Shown here in pieces: positions 13,001 to 23,482 of a stretch of DNA of 64,000 nucleotides (position 1 is its first letter; each line of letters opens with the position of its first letter). Origin of the DNA: Kondoa subrosea (Eukaryota); NCBI GenBank assembly GCA_039545335.1, contig BCIN01000001.1, forward strand, positions 1,224,604 through 1,288,603, given 5' to 3'. The position numbers and the translations under genes were made by a program. A model generated the notes under the pieces. The model worked only from the letters and a program-made list of their open reading frames with translations. It ran no database searches and was not told the DNA's origin.

Positions 13001-16000
13001 AGTAGAAGACCCCGTCAGGCAGTTGACCTCCTTTGACCGCCAAAAAGATGTCCGTGAAGTCATCAATTGATTGTCTTCCGGATACATCGCAAGTCACAAT
13101 AATAGTTTGATCCTTCAGTAACTGTTGCCGCGCTTGTAGGATTTGCTTCCAACATTCGATCATGATGTGCGGCTCGTAACAAGCCATGTAAGCTCTTGCA
13201 TCTGTAAAAGCTGTTGGTACTTTGGGCGGCGGCGGTAAATTAGCCGGCTTCTCGCCTTCAAAGTCGTATTGCTGCAGTATGCATCAGTCCGATCACCAAA
13301 TAGAGTGAAGTTCACTCACCCATTGAAGGATTATTCGATGCAGGGAAGAGAAATCAGGATTGATACGAACTTGGGCAGCTTGTTCGGCTCTTCGGTTATT
13401 TACTGATATAGACTGCAGCGCCCTTGCAGGAGCAATATTTTTAGTCCCAACCACATCCATAACTTTCGTCTGACGCTTCTGTCCGTCAGGCGGTCTCGCT
13501 TTGATGGTTGGTCCTGCTACAGGTATCTGGGCTTCAGCTAAAGCTTTCAGTCCTGATGGCTTCTTGTCACTATCCGAGTATTCATCGTCAGACGATAGCC
13601 GATCCATGCGTGCGCGGAGAGAAGAATGCGAAAAGTTGTACTTTTGTATTGTGCTCTTATCAGCATTGCGATCTCTTCTGGGAATAGCTGCCCCTTTTGG
13701 CGGAACAGCTGTGCCACGTGGTAAGGGTCGTACGACAAGCGTATCGGGTTTCTTGACTGGAATGGACTTCGTAGAAGACTTCGAGGTAGGTTCAGCATCG
13801 AGATCAATGATTTCAACAGGTTTGCTAGATTTGGTACCGGACTTGATCGATTTGCTCGCTATTGGCGCAGGCGAGCTGGATTTCTCATTCTTGTATCCTT
13901 TGACAACCGTCGTGACTTCTCTTTGCTTTTCCCACCAGTTCTTGGCCTCTTCTGCGCTAACTTTCGGTTTGGCTGCTGGCACGGCAGCGGGACTTTCGGC
14001 CCTGTCCATGCGGATGTCTGACATCTCAATCTCATGCAACGGATGCTTCTTGATGCCAACAACAAGCTTGAAGAGATCAGCTGGCTGAAGCACGCTACTT
14101 CCACCTTTCTGGTCTATTGATTGAGCATACTTGCGAATTTTGACAACAACTTTGTTCGGCAAAGCGGTATTTGCTTTGGCGAACCGTTCAATGAACTTCA
14201 ACATCACGCTGGCCGTTCTTCGCAACAATTCTTGATCATTGATTCGTAGCCAGTTGTTCATGTTGGTGAGTGTCATACTAAGTGCCTGGACCAGCTTGAT
14301 CCCGATATTTGACTGCTTCGCGGGAGACCCGCTGGAGTGAGAAGATCCAGACAGTGCAGCTTCGAAAGTCCGCACTTCTGCGACGAGAGTTTCCGCAAAG
14401 ATGAGAGCGTCGCGCATCCAGACAGTCATATCCGCATTTTCCCAAGCATTTGCCCAATCATGCGTTCTGGCGAAAATAGTAGCGGTCGAATCGCACATCA
14501 ACTGCCAAACTTTTGGTAAGCTGTTCTTGACGGTGCCTTGATTGAGCCAGACTTCATTGCGGAGTAAACCATCAACTGGGTTGCAGAGCGCTTCCATGAC
14601 GTTGGTCAAGCAGCGAGCCATTCGTGTAGCAGTGTCGCAAGCTTCGGGGAAGTCTGCTGCAGTCTTGACAAAGTTTTTGATAGCATTAGATAGGGCAGTC
14701 AAGAATTCGGTTGGATGTTTTGTCAGCAAAACTTTAATGCAATCAGCTCGACCTTCGCAGTCGTATGCTTCGGAGACTACTCCGATTACTGCCAAATGGA
14801 GCTTTTCTATAGGCGACAGCAATGCTTCAGAAAGAGCTTCGAGAACACCAGCTTGGCGAATGAATTGAGGAGTTCCGGAATCAGCGATGTCTTGCAATAA
14901 GTCGGGAAGTGGACCAATGGACAATACGTGAAGCTGGTCAAGCGTCTTCAAAGCTGATCTTAGAGGCATTCCAGGTTCAATATCCCATCCTCGCAAAGGA
15001 CATATCGCTTTCACATGTAGTAGAGGCAAAAGAGAATTGATGACGACTGCCGCAGAAGCGAATTTGGTGTTTGGTGACGCATTGATGACTGAATACAAGC
15101 GCTCCCAGAAAGCAGTGGAGGTAGATCCTTGTACTTCAGGTATAACGCTCTCCTTTGTCTTGATAGTTTCGCGATTTGCGGCAAGGAGATGCGTCCTTTC
15201 TGAAATCCACGCGCTGTCTTGAGCACACAGGCGTTTAATTACCGATCGCGCTCGCTGAGATATCGGTCTCCAGGCTTGATGTTCTTCTACAGCGATCAGA
15301 TATTGCTGATCGGTTTCAGATATGCCCTTTGGCAATCTTGGAGGTAGAACATGCTTCGCAGAAAAGGCTAGTGTGGCTAGGTATTCTCCATGAACAGAAA
15401 GAATCTTCCTACGTGCTTCAGCCAGACTTGGCCAAGTTGCATCAGGGGGATCTGGATTTGAAGCGAGAAGAGCGTCAACGATTTGTAAACCTGCTTTGGC
15501 CGCTCTCGTCTTTACTGCAGTGGAGAAGCGTATACGCTGCAGCTTATCGAATAAAGAGATGGTAATGGAAGAAAAGGCTGGTGTGAAAGTAGTGCTGAAG
15601 TGCGAAATGCTCGTCAGGAAAGATAGGATCCAGCTAGAGAAGTCATTGCCAGCTTCGATGCTTTGTTCCAAGATCCCATTGTCCAAAATCGTATGCATGA
15701 CCACTTCAGCGTACGCTGCTTCCGATTCGCCCCAGATCTTCTTCCCGCCCAAATTGAGAATTTGCGTAAAAGCTTGAAGTACATCGATCCAGTGCGAATT
15801 TTCATCGCCCAAATGACTGCATACAAGCCTAACCAACGCAGGACATCCTTCGCCCTTGCCTTCTCTCCCTTTGCCCTTTGAAGATGAAGCAGCACCTCGG
15901 AGAATGACATCTGGACCTAAACTATGCAAAACGGCGCAGAAGCCTTGCCAGAGCGCACTTCGGTCTGTAGTAGTCTGGAGATCAGAAGAGGAGACTTGCG

Positions 16001-16791
16001 AAAATACTGAAGAAGTCAGATAGCCTGAAAGTAGAGCAGAATAGATTTCGATAGCTTCCTTCCTCGCGACTGTTTTGTCGTTGTATGCTAGTAGATCCAT
16101 CTTGAGACATTTCTCTAATTGTGCTCTTGCGTAGATGCGTAGCTTTAGTTCTGGATGACAGGCCAAAAAAATGAGTCCAGGGGAAGGTGACACAGGAGGA
16201 AGTTCGGGCAAGGTAGCATTGATCAACAGAGTTATGAGATCAGAAGACTGAAAATGAGCAGGCGAAAGCAGCATCAGGTGAAGTAGTGCTGGTGAAGGTG
16301 TTCCTGTTGATAGCGCATCAGAGATCCAACTCTTCTCCTTGATTTGCATGCCCCGATTGAAGACTAGAGGATCCGCATCCGTCAAAGAGTGGTAGCTGAG
16401 CTGTTATCAATACTCGATCGCAAGAAAAATAGCTGCAAACTAACTTGTCCAGATAAAGAGATTTGGCCCTATGATAACCTTCGGCACAATTGATGCAAGT
16501 AGACAAGCAGGATTCAGCTTGAGCTCTCCAATCAGCGATTTTGTCTTTACTCCTGTACTGAAAGACTCTCAAGAGGAAAGTAGCAATTTGGTAGCATTGC
16601 TCGAAGTTTGGATTTCTGGCTGCATGCGGTTCGTCTGCTGGGCAGAAGTAATGCGTGCAGGACTCGTTGAGAAAGCATGGTAGCGCCTCGCTTGTAGCCT
16701 CATTGAATAATTCCTTGCTTCCATCAATTCGCAGCTGTTCCAGCAGTGTAAGAACTTGCTCTTTGGACAAGACAGGCTGATCCAGATCCAT
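10076..16791 (-). CDS. SEN1: Sen1/senataxin RNA-DNA helicase (SF1B, Upf1-like)
   Basis: Sen1 N-terminal domain (HYFCP, CLSTCINCAEGYHRAK). Helicase motifs FSLIQGPPGTGKT, LLCAPSNAAVDEI, VIIDEAAQ, GDPKQLPPT, QYRMHP, TVDGFQGQEKD and RMNVALTRAR. Confidence 0.95.
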
Positions 16792-17022
16792 GGTAGTAGC
16801 TGATAAGGGTATTGTGCGAGAGGTATAGCGAGTCTATCGGACGCCCATCTTTTGAGATGTAAATGCAGGTGCGAAGTCAACCCCTGATGAAATCACGAAA
16901 TCAATGTGTTTCGCAGATTGACGCGACGACAATCTGGCAGTAACGTAAAATGCACATGTATTTCATTTGTATTTCGCACAAGGCTAGACTCTTTCCCTCT
17001 TGATCGCAAAGACAATGTCCGA

Positions 17023-18254
17023 TCAATAATGAAGCTGTAAGCATGGTCAATAAGCGAGGTCAGGCTGAATACTCTGGCGCCTACATCTTGTTCTGGCCAT
17101 TGAATGTCCTGGAAGTTGATCAGCATCTGCTTGACCATAGATAAGTGAAGTCACTCACCCTCTTCTCGTCTGCTTCGTCTTCGTCGGCCTCTTCGTCGAA
17201 CTTCCAAAGCTTTCTCTTGCCCTGTTGTCTTTCCGATGACCTACAAGCCGACGTCAGGCACGTTCTCATACATCAACATTACTTACCAGTCAATGGTATC
17301 GGGAATGACTACAAGCAAAGCGTAGTGATCAAGAGCCTGCTGATGTGTGTCCTTCTTAGGCGCATCATCGTCATTGAAATCTTCAGGGCCAGGTAGCTGT
17401 TTGCTTTCTGAACGAAAGCAAGCATAGATATGAGCGAACGATGTCCTGATTAGAGAGGCTTATAACATACTGTTGCCCATCGGTGTTCCAACTGGTGTAC
17501 CAGGAGCATTAGCTCTGGCATAATCCATCTTCCTTCCTGGTTTCAACGTTGAGAGATACTTGCCGCGCTCGTTCTGAAGCCATGTTAGACAAGACTATAT
17601 CTCATTTGGTAAGGTAGCTCGACTCACTAGCCAAACAGCATCGGATGAATTTGAATCGACCAAGAAGCTGTCGCCTGTTATGCGAAATTGCTCTCGTTCC
17701 TTCTCAAACCAGTAGACAAGTTCGACATTATGGTTTGCTCGGACTTGTTCAGCTTTAGGTGATCTATATGAAGACTATATTAGCTATTAATTCAAACAAG
17801 AGGATGCAGCATACCTGCTGTCTGTACCGATAAGAATAGCATAGCGACGAGCATGCGACATGAAGAGTAGATCCTATCTTCCGAGTTTAGCTTAACATTC
17901 ATTACAACACTCAAAGAGCCCGGAACGTACAGCATGCCCAACCATTCTCACTTTGGGTTTGCCTTCGGATATTGTAGCTAGAGCCATAGGAAACTGTGTC
18001 GACCTTGGATCTATCGGAAGGACATTTCTTTCAAGGCGATGTCCGGACACTGCTCATCGCTATCGCTTACCTGTCGGAATGAGGACAGCAGAGATCAGTA
18101 CGAGATCATATGGTACAAGGTAGGGGCTTGCCTGGAGAGTGGAAATGGCTCAGATCCGTTCGAAGCTTTTCAACCCTTTGAAATCTCGTAAGTCATGCAT
18201 TGCGGGTCTCAGCATTACTCTGCTGTACCATGTTGGCTCTATAGTCGGAGCCAT
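17023..18254 (-). CDS. Pyridoxamine 5'-phosphate oxidase-like FMN-binding protein (Pyridox_oxase_2 / Alr4036-type)
   Basis: Hand-spliced MAPTIEPTWVEKL...MALATISEGKPKVRMV...GTDSRSPKAEQVRANHNVELVYWFEKEREQFRITG...YALLVVIPDTIDW...WPEQDLHY*. No single ORF in the track represents it. Confidence 0.78.
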
Positions 18255-18648
18255 GATGTTGGTGCACAAGTCAAGAGCAAGGGCAAGCTGCTTGACCGTC
18301 GAGAGCAAATCGCAACGAATCCGATGTTCAGGCGGTGTCCTGACTTTGGTAAGGGCGAGGGCAGATGCTACAATCATGTGTTCTGGCAACTCTAGGTACA
18401 AGCGCGTGATATTTACAGCTCTCTCCGACGAGATATATGTAATGCCATAGGTTGGTACTCCGCTCTCTAACCGAACCGTATGCGGCTTGACTGTGGGCTT
18501 GCAAGCGCGTTATGCAGCTGCGTATTTGCTGCAAAAGAAGACCTGAATCGCCAATACGGAGTGAAAAAGATATAATAGACATCAACGAGACTTACGAAGC
18601 GACGCAAGGCGGACTTTCACCAGGAAAGCAATGACAGCTTCATCTTCA

Positions 18649-19254
18649 TTACGAGTTCTTGATGGCGTACTCCAGCAGATCACGCATCTCTTTCAACTGA
18701 ATCTCTTCCAGCTTCCGTTTTTGAGCTGGATCATTCGCAGATCCTGCCTTTTCTACTGAATCGACAAAAGCTTTAGCTTGTTTGGTAGAACCATGAGTTG
18801 ATAGAATGACGGGGTGGGAGATCCGGCTGAGCCACCATTTACTGCGCAACAGTTCTGACTATCGATGATTGTCTCTGATGTTTCTCTCGAAGGAGCTTAC
18901 GAATTCCACTTCATCCGCAAATCAAGATATGAGAAGTAGTGAGATCAAAAGCACGCACGAAATCGCCCTCCCGTCTATGCAAGATAGCATGCCACAAGTT
19001 CGAAGTTTGATCTGAATCGTTTGCTTGAGCCAACTCATGACAGTTATGGATATCGTCATTCAGGAGATGTAAGCCTTGATACGAGGAGTCTGATACGCGA
19101 ACAAGAACGGGGCAAGATTCAGCTGACCAGCTTTGACATTGCTTGATTTCTCTAAGGACTGGATTTGAGCGGTCAAGGAAGGATCATAGATTTTCTTGGG
19201 CACCAGAGAAGGTAAGGGACTGCGCGAGAGCAGCTGTTCCTTGAGCTCTTGCAT
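18649..19254 (-). CDS. Conserved hypothetical protein with HAILHRREGDFWNSKWW motif
   Basis: Four exons give ...AGLHLLNDDIHNCHELAQ...NLWHAILHRREGDF-WNS-KWWLSRISHP..., including an 8-nt exon at 18901-18908. Confidence 0.75.
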
Positions 19255-19490
19255 TCGGACTAATGACGTCGTGAGCGGAAGAAAACTTCGATAGAGAGAG
19301 AGAGAGGCTGATACTTGGTCCAGGTACAGCTAAAAGATATGCAATACGTATGTAAGGTATAGGACGACGTGTATATACAAAATGAATTGTCCGTTTCGCG
19401 AAACATGTAGGACACATAATGCTGACATCAGCTGCAACCCTTGATTTGGGCATGATCGATAGCGGTTCTATTTACTCCGTGAATTGTTGA

Positions 19491-19767
19491 TCAACCCTTG
19501 CAGCACCAGAAGCCTAACATGAAATATTAAAATCAATCGAAAAAGGGAGGCTATCATATTGTACGCACAGGTTAAGAGTTCCGATAGACCTAAGGTAACT
19601 ACACACAGGCTGATACGAGCCAATCCACATCCGCCTCGCAGTCTCAAGGGCTCCTCTTCTCTCGGCATTGGTTCTCGGGCTAGAAAACGAGCCTTTTCTT
19701 TCGCTGACATTTCAACAGGGATTACTTGAGCTGGGATGGTAGTGGTCTGTTGAGTGGTACTTCGCAT
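19491..19767 (-). CDS. Small protein with LRLRGG motif followed by a hydrophobic Cys-rich tail
   Basis: ATG 19767 gives MRSTTQQ...EEEPLRLRGGCGLARISLCVVTLGLSELLTC. One GT-AG intron (gtgcgt...gttag) is followed by FWCCKG*. Confidence 0.65.
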
Positions 19768-20189
19768 AATTGGGTGCTTGCTTGTGAGCTTGGGGTGATT
19801 GTTTGAAAGCAAGCAGCTGCAAATTCCAATGGAGACTGCGCATCGCCTTCGGCCAAAGACGCGAAGGGGGACTCGGCGCGGCGAACAGCAGGGGATAACG
19901 AGCGCTGAGGATAGCAAAGGAAGCAGATAACGAGGCAGAGCAAGGACAAGGCATAGATCCACACGGAACCAAAAAGCAAGAAGTCCGATTACCAAGCCTT
20001 GAGGACCTGCTTGAGACTAACGACGGCGAGCCACTGTGCAGTGTGTATGCGTGAATACTTGAAGAGCAGCGCAGAGGATGGCTGCCTCGGTAAGAAAGAG
20101 AAACCCTGATTTGTTGGCTTGCTTACCTAAGCAATTAAATCTTCGCTCTCTCTCTTGCCTAGCACTGTCACGTCTTGTCTCGACCAGCC

Positions 20190-21208
20190 ATGACCACCAA
20201 GCTCGCCAGCAGATTCATCCCAACGGCCTTTCATGAGCATTTACGATGGCTGCTGATTCAGTCGCTAAAACTTGGTCCGCTGCCTCAACATGTGTCTATC
20301 ATTATGGATGGGAATAGACGCTGGACAGAAAGAAGAGGTGAAAAGGTGACAAAAGGACATGTGAAAGGCTTCGAAGCACTAAAAGGCGTGAGTTTCTATA
20401 TGCTTCGGAAAAGACACAGGTCTCAAACGAGTGATACAGCTGCTGGGTTTCTTCCTCGAACTCGAAGTATCTATGGTCACAGTTTATGCTTTTGCTGTGG
20501 ATAACTTTAAGCGCTCGGAAGAGGAAGTGATATGTCTCATGGATCTTGCGAAAACGAGGCTGAAGGAGTTGGCAAGTCATGGGTGAGTTCTTGGTGAAGT
20601 CGCACATCTTTCTAGCTGACATTATTCGTAGCGATTTACTACAGCAATATGGTGTTCGCGTCTTCATTATTGGTCGGAAAGATCTACTACCTGAAGATGT
20701 ACAATTAGCTTGCGAAGAGATTGAGCATACCACATCTTCGAATACAAGGTAAGCTCGAGTCATTTGTCTCCTAGATCCACTGACATTCAATGCAGAGGAA
20801 CACTGAATGTCTGCATTGCATACTCGGGGCAAGAAGAGATCGCTTCAGCTATCCGTAATCGCGTCGCAGTAGAGGTCGAGAACCCTTCACTGTCGATAGA
20901 CCCGATATCAGGACTGGAAGAGCACCTGTACACAAGTCGAAATCCGGTTTGGCGAAATCCGGATGTACTAATAAGAACCAGCGGTGTCAGCAGGCTGAGC
21001 GACTTTCTACTATGGCAGGTAAGATGCACTCTCTCCATCCGTATTTCGGCTCAGGCGTTCATTCCAGGTCTGCCAAAACACTTCAATCTATGTTTTGCCA
21101 TGTCTTTGGCCAGAGATAGGCGTTGCAGACATCCTTCCTATCATACTTGCATGGCAAACTGAACAGATTATACGATTTCTGCTCGGATTATTCTCCATTG
21201 TAATTTAA
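20190..21208 (+). CDS. RER2: cis-prenyltransferase (dehydrodolichyl diphosphate synthase catalytic subunit)
   Basis: PQHVSIIMDGNRRW, VTVYAFAVDNFKRSEEEV, LNVCIAYSGQEEI and PDVLIRTSGVSRLSDFLLWQ are cis-IPPS conserved regions. Confidence 0.92.
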
Positions 21209-21223
21209 TACGCTGCATTATTA

Positions 21224-23075
21224 TTACCGCTTCACTTTATTGTACAGCTTGACAAAGGTCTTATCTGCTCCGTACTTGACTCTTGCTTTGTTATACCTTT
21301 CCATATTATACCAAGTACTTCAAGGTTCGTCAGACAAAAGTGCCGCAGAGCGAGTGTAAACCTACTTGAACTCTTCTTCGCCTGCATAAGTGAAGCCATA
21401 TAAACCCTTATGTCCATCATACTTGCGCATCCAGACTTCCATCTCCCTTCCGATTTCTCGCATCGTCTTGCCCTCTTGCAGCTTTCTAGTCGGTCTTCCA
21501 TATAAGCCGACATCCATTTCCAGACTCTCCGAATCATCATCATTCGTAGCAAAGTTTCTAGGTAATGCTCCAACAGTCTTATCTCCCGTACGCAGCGGAC
21601 AGAGCCAGACAGGTCGGACATCGTCTAACCAATTCATCAACTCATCTACCGCTTTTCCGCCGTCGTTCATCGGCACGCCTAGATCCTGAAAGAGACCCAT
21701 ACCCTCTCGAGAAGTATCTGATAGTAAACGAGAGATTTGCATTTGCGTAGGCGTATCGAGAACCGAGTGAAAAATAGTTCGGAGAATTGGCTGATTCAGG
21801 ATTTTCCCCATGACGGGCACAATATCGTGAAGAAGATCGGAAGCCTAGTACATTCAATTCATAAAGTATAGTATGGGTAGAAATCTGTGTACTCACCCAA
21901 AATCCACCTCGATCGTATCGGAATAGATAATCTTGAGTTGGGATAAGCTCTGTATGCAGAAGGGTACCAAACTGCTCGTGCTTCACATCATTGGATGTAT
22001 CGCGAGCAAGTCTTTGGCCAATACCGCGGACATGCTCAAAAAAGAGCGGTCGACCTGGATGATCACAGCTAGCAATCTATCAGCGCAGTCCAGTTCGACA
22101 ACGACAAGAGCAAGACTCACTAGAAGTCACCGTTCCACTTTATAGCCTCGGCCTCACTCACACAACCACCAAACATGCCAATCGTGAACCCTTCAAAAGT
22201 AATGGCATCCGCAACGAGATCTTCGCTCATCCACCCCTGACCTGCATTAACAAACTCTTTTCTCTTCTTCAAACATTCTTGCGAGAAGCCATTGTGATCT
22301 TTGTATAGCACGTAGCGCAATTTGATCCATCTACTAGCTGGAACGAGGTTGACTTTGGCCTGGGTGACGATTGAAAGACTGCCGCATGATCCGACTGTAT
22401 TTGCCCAAAGTTCTGAATCTTCTTTGCGGGTGATAATACCAGGTGAGCCATCCTTGTTGGCGACCAAGAGATTGGCGTCGATAATATCTGACGCGTAATA
22501 AGTGCTGAACTACTGCTTGTAGGTTTGTTGATAAACTTACGAGTGTCGACTAGGCCGTAGTGTATCGACGTGGACTCGACACCTAAACCTTGAATGGCTC
22601 CTCCAATTGTGATCTTGCGCAATTCAGGTATAACAGGCATCAGTAGACCATGCTTTAGAGTCTCTGTAGCTAAAGAAGCCACAGAAACGCCCGGTTCAAC
22701 TACAGCGTATCGTTCTATGGGGTTGATCTCCAGCAAAGCGTTTAAAGAAGAGACGTCCATTTGGTAAGTAGTGGCTTTGTATAAATTAGAGCGACCGACA
22801 TGGCCAGCTCCGCGAGTCTTCTTTCCCATCGAGACTAAACGACCTTTCAGATTACTTGGATCCAGTTGAGCTGCCAAATGTGCGACTTCCTCTTCATGTT
22901 GAGCGTAAGTTTTTCGACGAGGTGCGGAATCTATATTGATCACAGCATTCGGAGAGAGATATCTCACTCGTAGAATAGTAAGAAGACTGAAAGGGAGATT
23001 GAGAAGTCCCACTAGCACTGCTCTTGAAATCGAGCAGAAGAGTTCTACTCTAAGCCAGAATTGAGCATCAAGCAT
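21224..23075 (-). CDS. FAD-linked oxidoreductase, delta24-sterol reductase (DHCR24/DWF1)-like
   Basis: Motifs VVEPGVS, MPVIPELRKITIGGAIQGLGVESTSIHYGL, GSCGSLSIVT, PTQDYLFRYDRGGFW, PVWLCPLR, DVGLYG, KGLYGFTYAGEEEF and KYGADKTFVKLYNKV, plus an N-terminal hydrophobic anchor. Confidence 0.85.
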
Positions 23076-23482
23076 GTCGCTTCGATACGTAGCAGCTGAA
23101 TGTGCAGCACGCAAACTAGCAAATCAGATGCGAAAAGGAATGTCCAGTATCGTCGTTCGAAGCAAAATAACTGCGGCCAAAGAAGATCGAAGAAGGGCAG
23201 TGGTGACAAGCACTTTTTGGCCCATGTAAAGCCCGTAATTTGCAGAGCTTATCATAATGCTCCTAGATTGTAAGCTTGAGGCAGTTCTCGCACATGATGA
23301 CCAATATTTGGTTGTCAGTGTCATTTCTGCGAATTAGAAGTAATTAATGTGGAATGAATGCGAGACATGTAGTCGAGAAAGGAGAGTATATCCATCGTTC
23401 GCTGTCGCAACTGACTGTACAGACTGTTGCAAGATAAGCTATATTTTGCTTTTCTTCTCGTAACGACTTTTTCGAGGCAAAG

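Noticed and set aside
18071..18112. AT-AC intron plus a 2-nt AG exon as an alternative to the zero-length exon
   Set aside because: It would be only about 39 nt long and puts the downstream MALAT exon out of frame.
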